Below, one piece after another: positions 1 to 9,459 of a stretch of 64,000 nt of DNA. The DNA lies in contig JAFQFC010000063.1 of NCBI GenBank assembly GCA_017415775.1, positions 836 to 64,835 on the forward strand, in the 5' to 3' direction. Every line of letters starts with the position of its first letter. Position 1 is the stretch's first letter. Position numbers and translations under genes: made by a program. Origin of the DNA: Oscillospiraceae bacterium. Lineage in GTDB: Bacteria; Bacillota; Clostridia; Oscillospirales; Oscillospiraceae. The notes below the pieces were generated by a model. The model saw only the letters and a list, made by a program, of their open reading frames with translations. It did no database searches and had not been told where the DNA came from.

Positions 1-453
<453 letters not shown>

Positions 454-486
454 GGTGAATTCCTCCATTTATTTCAATGTGACCAC

Positions 487-623
487 AGTATACTCCCTCC
501 CCGCACGGATTGCAAGCCCCATTTTGCATAACTATGCGGTATTCTCCCAGATTTTATGGGATATTTTCCACAACTCATTCAATTTATTCACTAATTTTTG
601 AATATTCATAAACCTTATTCATT
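487..623 (-). promoter_or_regulatory. sigmaA promoter of argG with candidate ArgR (ARG) boxes
   Basis: Minus strand TTGCAA(510-515)-17bp-TATACT(487-492); ARG-box-like ttgcataactatgcgg (524-539) and several TGAATA/TATTCA half-sites at 575-623. Confidence 0.65.
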
Positions 624-672
624 CAAGACAGAGCAGGCCGCCGCCCCAGCCGGGCGGCGGCCTGCAAATTCA

Positions 673-3102
673 CTATATCTGTCTCCGGGTGGGACGGAGC
701 ACCAGCCGCTCCTCCTCCACCGCCAGACAGAGGGTATCCCCCGCCGCCAGCCGGTCGGCCAGCAGCAGCTCCGCCGCCGGCTCCTCCACCCGGCTGCGGA
801 TGGCCCGGCGCAGAGGGCGGGCCCCGTTGTCTCCGTCAAAGCTCTCCCGGGCCAGCAGGGCCACCGCCTCCGGAGGGGCGTCCAGCTCCACCCCCAGCCT
901 CCGCAGCCGCTCCCCCACTCCGGACAGCAGCCGGAGGGCGATGTCCTCCGTCTCCTCCCGGGAGAGGCGGTCGAAGAGGATGACCTCGTCCAGCCGGTTG
1001 AGGAACTCCGGCTTGAAGCGGCCCTTCAGCTCTCCCATCACCGCCTTGCGGCGGCGCTCCTCGCCGTGATCTCCGGCAAAGCCCAGGGGGGTGCCTCCCG
1101 CCAGATGGCGGGCGCCGATGTTGCTGGTCATCACCAGCACCGTGTTGCGAAAGTCCACCTTGCGGCCCAGACTGTCGGTGAGCACCCCGTCCTCCATCAC
1201 CTGAAGCAAAATGTTGAGCAGCTCGTCGTGGGCCTTTTCCAGCTCGTCAAAGAGCACCACCGACCAGGGGTGGCGGCGCACCCGCTCGGTGAGCTGTCCC
1301 CCCTCCTCGTGGCCCACATAGCCCGGGGGCGCCCCCACCAGCCGGGAGACGGCGTGCTTTTCCATATACTCGGACATGTCGAAGCGGATCATGGCCTCCT
1401 CGCTGCCGAACAGAGCCGCTGTAAGAGCCCGGGTGAGCTCCGTCTTTCCCACCCCGGTGGGGCCCAGAAACAGGAAGGCCCCCACCGGGCGTCCGGGCTC
1501 CTTCAGCCCCACCCGGCTGCGGCGGATGGCGCCGGCCACCGCGCGGACCGCCTGCCGCTGGCCCACCACCCGGCGGTGAAGCTCCCCCTCCAGCCCCAGC
1601 AGCCGCTCCCGCTCCCCCTGGGTGACGGCGGTCACCGGAATGCCCGTCCACTGGGCCACCACCTGGGCCACATGCTCCCCCTTGAGCACCCCCTCTCCCC
1701 GGGCGGTGCGGTGGCTGTACTTCCGGTTCAGCTCCCGGCGAAAGTCCCGCTCCGCGTCCCGGAGGATGGCCGCCCGCTCGTAGTCCTGAACGGCGATGGC
1801 CTGCTCCTTCTCCCGGGCGGCCTGATCCGCCCTGCGGGCCAGCTCCCGAAGGTTCTGGGGCACAACCTCTCCCTCCATCCGCAGCCTAGCCGCTCCCTCG
1901 TCGATGAGGTCGATGGCCTTGTCCGGGAGAAATCGCTGGGGAAGATAGCGCACGGACAGCTCCACCGCCGCCTGCAGGGCCTCGTCCGAGATGGTCAGGC
2001 CGTGGTGCTGCTCGTATCTGGCCCGCACCCCCCTCAGGATGTCCAGCGCCTGCGCCCCGGTGGGCTCGTCCACCGTCACCGGCTGAAAGCGCCGCTCCAG
2101 AGCGGCGTCCTTCTCGATGTATCGGCGATACTCCTCCAGCGTGGTGGCCCCCACCACCTGAATGTCCCCCCGGGACAGGGCGGGCTTGAGGATGTTGGCC
2201 GCGTCGATGGCCCCCTCGGCGCTGCCCGCCCCGACGATATTGTGCAGCTCGTCCAGAAAGAGGATGATATTGCCCGCCCGGCGCACCTCGCCCAGCATGG
2301 CGTTGACCCGCTCCTCAAACTCTCCCCGGTACTTGGTGCCCGCCACCATGGCCGACAGGTCCAGGGCGCACACCCGCTTCCCCAGCAGGTGGGCGGGAGC
2401 TGTACCGTCGGAGATGGCCTGTGCCAGCCCCTCCACCACAGCAGTCTTGCCCACCCCTGGCTCTCCAATGAGGGCGGGGTTATTCTTGGTGCGGCGGGAC
2501 AGGATCTGCACCACACGGGCGATCTCCTTCTCCCGGCCGATGACGGGGTCCAGACGGCCCTGACGGGCAGCCTCGGTGAGGTCACGAGTAAACTCGCCCA
2601 GCGTCTTGCCGGTCTTGCCGCTCTCGCTCTTGGCGGCGCCGGGATTGACGGCGGCGGCACGGGGCGCTTCGTTCAGCTTTTTCACCACACCGCTGTACAG
2701 TTTCCGGGGATCGACGCCCACGCTGCGCAGAATACGCAGGGCCATGTTGTTGCCCTCCCGAAGAAGGCCCATCAAAAGATGCTCGGTGCCGATATACCCG
2801 GCGTTGGTGCGTACCGCCTCGCTGACCGCCAGCTCCACGGCACTCTTGGCGCGGGGCGTCAGTCCCTGAGAGGGTGCAGCGCCGGAGAGACCCGTACCCA
2901 TGCTGCGCTGCAGCACGGCGCAGATCATCTCATCGGTGAGGCCATGCTCACTCAGCGCCCGGTGGGCAATGCCCTCTTCCTCCCGCATGAGGCCCAGCAG
3001 CAAATGCTCGGTACCCACATAACCGTGGCCCAGCTCTTCGGCTGCTTCCTGTGCCAGACGCAGGGCTTCCTCAGCCCGGGGGGTAAATTTACGTTCATTC
3101 AT
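673..3102 (-). CDS. clpC: ATP-dependent Clp protease ATP-binding subunit ClpC
   Basis: Start [10 protein letters not shown]; two Clp-N repeats (GTEHLL), Walker A GEPGVGKT and [12 protein letters not shown]-domain, LGF ClpP-docking loop. Confidence 0.95.
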   Translation of the reverse strand: MNERKFTPRAEEALRLAQEAAEELGHGYVGTEHLLLGLMREEEGIAHRALSEHGLTDEMICAVLQRSMGTGLSGAAPSQGLTPRAKSAVELAVSEAVRTNAGYIGTEHLLMGLLREGNNMALRILRSVGVDPRKLYSGVVKKLNEAPRAAAVNPGAAKSESGKTGKTLGEFTRDLTEAARQGRLDPVIGREKEIARVVQILSRRTKNNPALIGEPGVGKTAVVEGLAQAISDGTAPAHLLGKRVCALDLSAMVAGTKYRGEFEERVNAMLGEVRRAGNIILFLDELHNIVGAGSAEGAIDAANILKPALSRGDIQVVGATTLEEYRRYIEKDAALERRFQPVTVDEPTGAQALDILRGVRARYEQHHGLTISDEALQAAVELSVRYLPQRFLPDKAIDLIDEGAARLRMEGEVVPQNLRELARRADQAAREKEQAIAVQDYERAAILRDAERDFRRELNRKYSHRTARGEGVLKGEHVAQVVAQWTGIPVTAVTQGERERLLGLEGELHRRVVGQRQAVRAVAGAIRRSRVGLKEPGRPVGAFLFLGPTGVGKTELTRALTAALFGSEEAMIRFDMSEYMEKHAVSRLVGAPPGYVGHEEGGQLTERVRRHPWSVVLFDELEKAHDELLNILLQVMEDGVLTDSLGRKVDFRNTVLVMTSNIGARHLAGGTPLGFAGDHGEERRRKAVMGELKGRFKPEFLNRLDEVILFDRLSREETEDIALRLLSGVGERLRRLGVELDAPPEAVALLARESFDGDNGARPLRRAIRSRVEEPAAELLLADRLAAGDTLCLAVEEERLVLRPTRRQI

Positions 3103-3145
3103 TGATTCGTGTTCTCCTTTCTGACAGGATCCGTTGTGTGTTCGT

Positions 3146-3574
3146 TCATTCGTTGGGCAGGGCGCGGATCTCATCCCGCAGCCGGGCCGCCTCTTCGTAG
3201 TTCTCCATGTCGATGGCGTCACGCAGGGCATGCTGCAGAGCGTTGCGCCGGCGCTGCAGGTCAAAGCTGCGGCTCTCGGCCTCGGAGAGGACGCCCTCTT
3301 CCTTCTGCTCCGCCTTTGCCTCTTCCAGCGTGTTGCCGGGTGCAGGGAACTCCGTCAGGAGATGGGACGCAAAGCCGTCAAAGAAGGGATCACTCAGCAG
3401 GCTGAAAGGATCCCGGAACATCCGGCGGCTGCGGCGCTCCATGGCGTGCAGCGCCCGGTCATAGCCCAGTTCCCCGGCACAGGCGGGGCAGACACGGGCC
3501 TCGGTGGTGCGGCCATTGACGGTGCTTTTATAGTAAATCGTTGCTTCGTTCTTTCCACAGTGCTGACACTTCAT
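3146..3574 (-). CDS. mcsA: McsA-like protein (N-terminal CxxC pair + C-terminal UVR domain), shortened
   Basis: CQHC...CPAC; ENYEEAARLRDEIR; lies between ctsR and clpC. Confidence 0.8.
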   Translation of the reverse strand: MKCQHCGKNEATIYYKSTVNGRTTEARVCPACAGELGYDRALHAMERRSRRMFRDPFSLLSDPFFDGFASHLLTEFPAPGNTLEEAKAEQKEEGVLSEAESRSFDLQRRRNALQHALRDAIDMENYEEAARLRDEIRALPNE

Positions 3575-3598
3575 AAGAATATCCTCCTTTTCATTGGT

Positions 3599-4051
3599 TC
3601 AAACCAGTTGGATGAGTACATGCTTGATAATATCGGAGCGCAGTACGCCCCGGTAGGCCTGGGGCACCGACTGCAGCGCCCGCTGAGACACAGCCGAGAG
3701 CATACAGTTGGCCGCTTCCACGCTGACGGCCCCGGACTCGGCCAGATTGGTCAGGATGGCCCGGGCGCTGGCGTAGTCCAGCTCGCTGCCAAGACTGTTG
3801 ATAACGTGCATCAACAGCGTCTGCCGGTCCATCCGCACCCGGGAGATGCGGATGTAGCCGTTGCCGCCCCGGCGGCTCTCCACGATGTAGCCCCACTCCG
3901 GGGAAAAGCGGGTGGACATGACATAGTTGATCTGACTGGGGACGCAGCCAAAGCGCTGGGCCAGATCGCTGCGCTGCAGCTCCAGCACACCGTCGGCCTG
4001 CTCCAGTTCTTCGTTGATAAAAGCGGCGATCAAATCGGTAATACCCATCAT
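3599..4051 (-). CDS. ctsR: Class III heat-shock repressor CtsR
   Basis: LQRSDLAQRFGCVPSQINYVMSTRF...VESRRGGNGYIRI. Confidence 0.95.
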   Translation of the reverse strand: MMGITDLIAAFINEELEQADGVLELQRSDLAQRFGCVPSQINYVMSTRFSPEWGYIVESRRGGNGYIRISRVRMDRQTLLMHVINSLGSELDYASARAILTNLAESGAVSVEAANCMLSAVSQRALQSVPQAYRGVLRSDIIKHVLIQLV

Positions 4052-4065
4052 AAAATCCTCCGTTG

Positions 4066-4144
4066 TTTGACTTTGACTTTTCTTGACCTTAGTATAGCAC
4101 CGCCGCCCCAAAAGTCAACGCTCAAATTTTGACTATCTTTGACC
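4066..4144 (-). promoter_or_regulatory. CtsR boxes flanking the ctsR operon promoter
   Basis: Minus strand GGTCAAAGATAGTCAAA (4128-4144) and GGTCAAGAAAAGTCAAA (4072-4088) match the CtsR heptad direct repeat; TTGACT(4113-4118) and extended -10 TGCTATACT. Confidence 0.9.
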
Positions 4145-4249
4145 AAATTGCAAACAAATTGTAAACCCTGCAGTTTTTTTCGCAAGGGGCTTGCATTTTT
4201 GAATTTTCATGCTACAATGAAGTCACCAAATACTTATGGAGGTGCTCTC

Positions 4250-4423
4250 ATGGCTTATCAGATCAGTTCCGCTTGTGTCAGCTGCGGCGCTTGCGCAGAT
4301 GCTTGCCCCGTTGGCGCTATCTCTCAGGGCGATTCCCAGTTCGTGATCGATGCCGGTGCTTGCCTGGACTGCGGTTCCTGCGCAGATACCTGCCCCAACG
4401 GCGCTATCGCTCCCGCTGAATAA
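4250..4423 (+). CDS. 2[4Fe-4S] ferredoxin
   Basis: CVSCGACADACP / CLDCGSCADTCP; GGAGG RBS. Confidence 0.95.
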   Translation: MAYQISSACVSCGACADACPVGAISQGDSQFVIDAGACLDCGSCADTCPNGAIAPAE

Positions 4424-4440
4424 TCAAAACAGCACACATA

Positions 4441-4470
4441 AAAACACCGGACTTCCGTCCGGTGTTTTTT
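4441..4470 (+). terminator. Intrinsic terminator between the two ferredoxin genes
   Basis: aaaacaccggac-ttcc-gtccggtgtttttt. Confidence 0.8.
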
Positions 4471-4494
4471 ATTAACAATGAAAGGAGAACCCCT

Positions 4495-4671
4495 ATGGCT
4501 CATCAGATCAACCATGACGAATGCATCGGCTGCGGCGCCTGTGCCTCCGACTGCCCCACGGATGCCATCAGCGAGCGCAACGGCGCTTACGTCGTTGATG
4601 AAGGTATGTGCATTGACTGCGGTGCCTGCAACGCCTTCTGCCCCGTGGGCGCCATCGCTCCCGCCGAATAA
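4495..4671 (+). CDS. 2[4Fe-4S] ferredoxin (second copy)
   Basis: CIGCGACASDCP / CIDCGACNAFCP; AAGGAG RBS. Confidence 0.93.
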   Translation: MAHQINHDECIGCGACASDCPTDAISERNGAYVVDEGMCIDCGACNAFCPVGAIAPAE

Positions 4672-4768
4672 AAACGCATACATAGCAAAGCTGCGCTGCA
4701 AGACGACTTGCGGCGCAGCTTTTTTTCTATTATAATGTGGTAAGAAAAAACAGAAAGGAGACGGCGGC

Positions 4769-5491
4769 ATGGAAAAGATCGACCAACTCTGGCCGGGCGG
4801 CTGGCAGTTTTTGTTTGACGACCAACTCTTCCAGCCGGGGACCGACTCTTTTCTTCTGGGTGCTTTCCCCCAGTTGAAGCGAGGTGAAAAAGTCTGCGAT
4901 CTGGGCGCCGGGACAGGTCTGCTGGGCTTGCTGCTGCTGGCACGGGAGCCATCGCTGCACATCACCAATGTGGAGATCCAGCACGCTGCCTGTGATCTGG
5001 CGCAGAGGACAGCAGCGCTGAACGATCTGGAATCTTCCATCACCTGCGTGGAGGGCGACCTGCGCCAGCCTGCGCTGCTGCCCCACGGCAGCTTTGATGT
5101 GGTGATCGCCAATCCCCCCTACTTTGCCGAGGGCTCCGGGGCGAAGGCGGAAAACGCCGCACGCCGCACCGCCCGCAGTGAGGTGACCTGCACGCTGGAG
5201 GATGTGTGCCGGGCGGCAGCCCGACTGCTGCGCTGGGGCGGACGGTTCTTCCTGTGCCTGCGGCCGGAGCGGATGGCCGAACTGATGGAGCTGTGCCGCC
5301 GCTGCGGTCTGGAACCCAAGCGGCTGCGTCTGGTGCAGAATACAGTCCGCAGCGCCCCCAACCTGCTCCTTTTGGAGTGTCGCCGGGGCGGCAAAACCGG
5401 CTTGACGGCAGAGCCCCCGCTGATCATGACAAACGAGGACGGCACGGCCACAGCCGATGTGGACGCTGCCTATTTCAGAGATAAGAGGTAA
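4769..5491 (+). CDS. tRNA1(Val) adenine(37)-N6 methyltransferase (YabB-like)
   Basis: DLGAGTG SAM motif, NPPYF; upstream of rsmI. Confidence 0.85.
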   Translation: MEKIDQLWPGGWQFLFDDQLFQPGTDSFLLGAFPQLKRGEKVCDLGAGTGLLGLLLLAREPSLHITNVEIQHAACDLAQRTAALNDLESSITCVEGDLRQPALLPHGSFDVVIANPPYFAEGSGAKAENAARRTARSEVTCTLEDVCRAAARLLRWGGRFFLCLRPERMAELMELCRRCGLEPKRLRLVQNTVRSAPNLLLLECRRGGKTGLTAEPPLIMTNEDGTATADVDAAYFRDKR

Positions 5492-5497
5492 AACGCT

Positions 5498-6325
5498 ATG
5501 GCAGGAACATTATATCTGGTGGCTACGCCCATCGGCAATCTGGGCGACTTCTCTCCCCGTGCTGTGGAAACGCTGCGGCAGGCGGACTTCATCGCCGCCG
5601 AGGACACCCGGGTGTCGGTGAAGCTCCTCAACCATTTCGACATCAAAAAACCGCTGGTGAGCTATCACGAGCATAACCGGGCCGCCGCCGGCGAGGCCAT
5701 CGTGCAGCGGCTGCTGTCCGGCGAGGTCTGCGCTCTCGTGACCGATGCCGGCACCCCCGCCATCAGCGATCCCGGCGAGGATCTGGTGCGGCTGTGCGCC
5801 GAAAACGGCATCACCGTCCAGAGCATTCCCGGCTGCTGCGCCTGCATCACGGCGCTGGCGGTATCCGGCCTGCCCACAGGCCGCTTCACCTTCGAGGGCT
5901 TCCTTTCCGCCAATAAAAAGGAGCGCCGTGAGCAGCTGGGTGAGCTGCTGGGTGAGACCCGGACCATGGTGTTCCACGAAGCGCCCCACAAGCTGCGCCC
6001 CACCCTCAGCGATATGCTGGAGATCCTGGGCGACCGCCCCATCGCCCTGTGCCGCGAGCTGACCAAGCTCCACGAGGAGACCATGCGCACCACGGTGCAG
6101 GCGGCGGTGGACTACTACCGCGACAACGAGCCGCGCGGCGAGTATGTACTGGTGGTGGGCGGCGCACAGCGCAAAGAAGGCCCCGCCATGACCATGGAAG
6201 AGGGCGTGGCCCGGGTGTTGGCCCTGCGCCAAGACGGCATGCGGATGAAAGACGCCGTCCGTCAGGTGTCCGCCGACACAGGCCTGAACAAGAACGAGCT
6301 GTACGACGCCGCCCTGAAGGCATAA
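5498..6325 (+). CDS. rsmI: 16S rRNA C1402 2'-O-methyltransferase
   Basis: LYLVATPIGNLGD, AAEDTR, DAGTPAISDPG, RELTKLHE. Confidence 0.95.
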   Translation: MAGTLYLVATPIGNLGDFSPRAVETLRQADFIAAEDTRVSVKLLNHFDIKKPLVSYHEHNRAAAGEAIVQRLLSGEVCALVTDAGTPAISDPGEDLVRLCAENGITVQSIPGCCACITALAVSGLPTGRFTFEGFLSANKKERREQLGELLGETRTMVFHEAPHKLRPTLSDMLEILGDRPIALCRELTKLHEETMRTTVQAAVDYYRDNEPRGEYVLVVGGAQRKEGPAMTMEEGVARVLALRQDGMRMKDAVRQVSADTGLNKNELYDAALKA

Positions 6326-6343
6326 TCTGGATCTATAAGAAAC

Positions 6344-6385
6344 GCAAAAACTGGGCCTTTTAACAGGTCCAGTTTTTGCTATGAT
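6344..6385 (+). promoter_or_regulatory. Inverted repeat (rsmI terminator and/or operator) overlapping the ECF S-component promoter
   Basis: gcaaaaaCTGG-N14-CCAGtttttgc followed by extended -10 TGCTATGAT. Confidence 0.55.
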
Positions 6386-6420
6386 AGGAGTATCCAAAAA
6401 CGTTCCGGGAGGCTTTCCGT

Positions 6421-6981
6421 ATGAAAAAGAAACTGACTCTGGTACAAATCGTCTATATCGGCGTGATGGCTGCGCTGGTCTGCGCCGTCACCTTCTTCCG
6501 CTTCCCCCTGCTGGGTTCCAAGGTCCACTTTGCCAACGCCATGTGCCTTCTCAGCGGCCTTCTGATGGGCGGCATCCCCGGCGGTCTGGCCGCCGGTTTT
6601 GGCTCGGCCCTGTACGACGCCCTGTGGGGCGGCTATGACCTGATCCAGGTCCTCATCACCTTCGTTTCCAAGTTCCTGATGGCTTGGGTCTGCGCCAAGA
6701 TCGCTTTCGCCGGCGGCAAGGAAGCCAAAAACCACGGACTGAACATCGCCGCCTGCATCGTTGGCGCCCTGACGTACGTGGCTCTGTACATGCTCAAGAC
6801 CTTTATCTACCAGCGCTTCATCTACGGTTTCCCCGTAGACGCCGTGTGGGTGACCATGCTGGGTAAGCTGCCCGCTTCCCTCATCAACGCCGTGGCCGCC
6901 ATGATCGCCGCCCCCATCCTCTACACCGCCCTGCGTCCCGCACTGGAACGTGCCGGCCAGCTGCGCAAGATGCGCGGATAA
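6421..6981 (+). CDS. ECF transporter S component (possibly vitamin B6)
   Basis: GVMAAL (AxxxA-type) helix, about 6 TM, GSALYD; substrate inferred only from a motif shared with pdxK. Confidence 0.8.
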   Translation: MKKKLTLVQIVYIGVMAALVCAVTFFRFPLLGSKVHFANAMCLLSGLLMGGIPGGLAAGFGSALYDALWGGYDLIQVLITFVSKFLMAWVCAKIAFAGGKEAKNHGLNIAACIVGALTYVALYMLKTFIYQRFIYGFPVDAVWVTMLGKLPASLINAVAAMIAAPILYTALRPALERAGQLRKMRG

Positions 6982-6994
6982 CCGCACAACACAC

Positions 6995-7030
6995 AAAACC
7001 GGAGGCCTGCGGCCTCCGGTTTTTCTTTTT
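6995..7030. terminator. Bidirectional intrinsic terminator
   Basis: aaaaccggaggcc-tgc-ggcctccggttttt between convergent genes. Confidence 0.8.
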
Positions 7031-7807
7031 TCAGAAGCAGGTGAAAGCACCGTCAATGACAAAGTCGGCGCCGGTGGTAAAAGGACTGGCGTCACCGGCC
7101 AGATATACGGCGATGGCCTGCAGCTCCTCCGGCTTGCCCAGACGGTGCATGGGCGCCATAGCATTCCACTGCTCGATCAGCGGGATCAGCGTGGGGGAAT
7201 TGAGCGTCAGATCGGTGCCGATGTAGCCGGGGCTAATGCTGTTGACCCGGACGCCGCGGGTGGCCCACTCCACCGCCAGCGATTTGGTCAGCTGGATGAC
7301 GCCGGCCTTGGATGCGTTGTAGGCACACTGGGGCTGCGGCACATTGACGATATGGGCCGACATGGAAGCGGTGTTGATAATCGACCCGCCGCCCTGTTTG
7401 AGCATTTGCTTACCGGCAGCAATGTTGGTAAGGAAAATGCCGTTGAGATTCACATCGATGACTTTTTTCCACGTCTCGTAGCTCATCTCTTCCGCCGGAA
7501 CGTTGATGCAGATGCCGGCATTGCAGAAGGCGGCATCTAGTCGTCCAAACTGCGCCAGGATCGTCTCCATCATGGCATCCACCGAAGCGGGATCGGTAAC
7601 GTCAGCCTGCACAGCGATCACGGTGCGGCCCGTTTCCGCTGCCAGGCGCTCCGCTGTGGCCTGTGCAGTGGCAAGGTCCATGTCCACGATCGCCACATCG
7701 GCGCCGGCCTCCGCCACCGCCTGCGCATAGTTCATGCCAATACCGCGGGCTCCGCCGGTCACGAAGATCTTTTTGCCGTCCAGCCGCAGTTTTTCCATAA
7801 TACCCAT
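7031..7807 (-). CDS. SDR oxidoreductase, polyol/sugar dehydrogenase-like
   Basis: TGGARGIG, NAG, SMSAHIVNVPQPQCAYNASK. Confidence 0.88.
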   Translation of the reverse strand: MGIMEKLRLDGKKIFVTGGARGIGMNYAQAVAEAGADVAIVDMDLATAQATAERLAAETGRTVIAVQADVTDPASVDAMMETILAQFGRLDAAFCNAGICINVPAEEMSYETWKKVIDVNLNGIFLTNIAAGKQMLKQGGGSIINTASMSAHIVNVPQPQCAYNASKAGVIQLTKSLAVEWATRGVRVNSISPGYIGTDLTLNSPTLIPLIEQWNAMAPMHRLGKPEELQAIAVYLAGDASPFTTGADFVIDGAFTCF

Positions 7808-7917
7808 ATTCCCGTGCTCCCTTCCTCTTTTTTGCATATATCACCTAGGAAGAAAAGGCGGCAGGCTCGCATCAAGCGACCTGCCGCTTTTATGACTCTT
7901 TTTTATCGTGTATCCTT

Positions 7918-8163
7918 TTACGAATCGCTTCGCAGCTCACGCAGGCATTTGCCGCAAAGGTTCTTTCCCTTAAACACGCTCACATCCCGGACACTGTCGC
8001 AGAACACGCAGGCAGGCCGGAATTTTTTCAGCACGATAGCCGAACCCTCCACATAGATCTCCAGTGCATCCTTTTCCGCAATGTCCAAGGTGCGGCGCAA
8101 TTCGATGGGCAGGACGATGCGCCCCAGCTCGTCTACCTTTCTCACGATACCTGTCGACTTCAA
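7918..8163 (-). CDS. abrB: Transition-state regulator AbrB (TTG start)
   Basis: MKSTGIVRKVDELGRIVLPIELRRTL; C-terminal CVFC/CGKC. Confidence 0.93.
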   Translation of the reverse strand: MKSTGIVRKVDELGRIVLPIELRRTLDIAEKDALEIYVEGSAIVLKKFRPACVFCDSVRDVSVFKGKNLCGKCLRELRSDS

Positions 8164-8205
8164 AGCAGATCACTCCTCAATTGAATTCTGACCCTTTATG
8201 ACCTC

Positions 8206-8256
8206 ATTATGAATGAGGCTCGCCCGCTTGTCAACTATCTATTGTTAATTTCGACA
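8206..8256 (-). promoter_or_regulatory. abrB sigmaA promoter with a Spo0A box
   Basis: Minus strand TTGACA(8229-8234)-17bp-CATAAT(8206-8211); TGTCGAA at 8250-8256. Confidence 0.65.
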
Positions 8257-8314
8257 ATTTGTTCACTTGTGACCACGAATCTTTGTGCATATATATCATG
8301 CAGGAGGCGATGAA

Positions 8315-8893
8315 ATGGCAATGTCTTGGCTATGGGCGGGAATGGTGGCCCTTTCTGTGCTGTGCGGCGCAGTCAACGGGCGGATGGCCCAGGTCAGCGC
8401 TGCGGCGCTGGAGGGTGCAGGCGCCGCCGTGGAGCTGTGTCTGGGGATGCTGGGCAGCGTGTGTTTGTGGATGGGTGTCATGGAGCTGATGGAGCGCTGC
8501 GGTCTGGCCGACGGTCTGGCTGCTGCGCTGCGGCCGGTGCTGCGCCGCCTGCTGCCGAAAGCCAGCGCCGATGCCCAGACGCTTGGGGCTCTGTCGGCTA
8601 ATGTGTCGGCCAATCTGCTGGGTTTGGGCAACGCCGCCACCCCACTGGGCATCCGGGCAGCCCGCCGCATGGCCCGGGACTGCCATGGTGTCGCCCACGA
8701 CGAGCTGTGCCGCCTGGTGGTCCTGAACACAGCATCCATCCAGCTGCTGCCTACCACGGTAGCCGGCATCCGGGCCGCCTGCGGCAGCGCCGCACCGCTG
8801 GACATTCTGCCGGCGGTATGGCTTAGCAGCGCCCTGTCGGTGACGGCCGGCCTGTTGGCCGCCCGGGCGCTGCAGGCGGTGTGGAGGACCTGA
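8315..8893 (+). CDS. spmA: Spore maturation protein A
   Basis: SANLLGLGNAATPLGI, VLNTASIQLLPTT. Confidence 0.92.
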   Translation: MAMSWLWAGMVALSVLCGAVNGRMAQVSAAALEGAGAAVELCLGMLGSVCLWMGVMELMERCGLADGLAAALRPVLRRLLPKASADAQTLGALSANVSANLLGLGNAATPLGIRAARRMARDCHGVAHDELCRLVVLNTASIQLLPTTVAGIRAACGSAAPLDILPAVWLSSALSVTAGLLAARALQAVWRT

Positions 8894-8895
8894 CT

Positions 8896-9414
8896 ATGGA
8901 TCTTTCTGCTTATATCGTTCCGGTTTTGCTGCTGCTGTGCGCCGTCTGCGGCCTGCGGCGCAAGGTAGACGTCTACGACGCCCTCATCACAGGGGCCGGA
9001 AGCGGCCTGCAGGTGGTGGCGCGGATCCTGCCGTCTATGGCGGCGCTGTTGTGCGCCGTGTATATGCTGCGTGCCTCCGGGGCCATGGAGCTGTTGACGG
9101 GCCTTCTGACGCCGCTCCTTCATGCGCTGGGTCTGCCGCCGGAGGTGACAGCCCTGATGCTCATCCGGCCCATGAGCGGCTCCGGGGCGCTGGCGGTAGG
9201 CAGCGAACTGATGGCCCGGTACGGCCCGGATTCCTACATCGGCCGGGTGGCCGCCGTGATGCTGGGTTCCACGGAAACCACCTTCTACACCATCGCCGTC
9301 TACTTCGGCGCCGCCGGCATCCGCAAAACACGCTATGCCATCCCCGCCGCCCTGACGGCAGATCTGGCAGCCTTCGTGTTTGCCGCCCTCAGTGTGCGCT
9401 GGCTGACGGCATAA
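8896..9414 (+). CDS. spmB: Spore maturation protein B
   Basis: RPMSGSGAL, GSTETTFYTIAVYFG. Confidence 0.92.
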   Translation: MDLSAYIVPVLLLLCAVCGLRRKVDVYDALITGAGSGLQVVARILPSMAALLCAVYMLRASGAMELLTGLLTPLLHALGLPPEVTALMLIRPMSGSGALAVGSELMARYGPDSYIGRVAAVMLGSTETTFYTIAVYFGAAGIRKTRYAIPAALTADLAAFVFAALSVRWLTA

Positions 9415-9459
9415 AAAAACCGCTGCAGAAACAAGCCGTTCTGCAGCAGTTTTTGCTGT

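Noticed and set aside
598-3105. Long opposite-strand ORFs (e.g. 598-3105, 15651-17435, 23452-26535, 54168-56588, 56161-58809)
   Set aside because: Antisense shadows of real genes in high-GC DNA; no recognisable motifs.
3103-3264. clpC frame open into the mcsA 3' end (possible frameshift fusion)
   Set aside because: No slippery site seen; clpC has its own AAAGGAG RBS.
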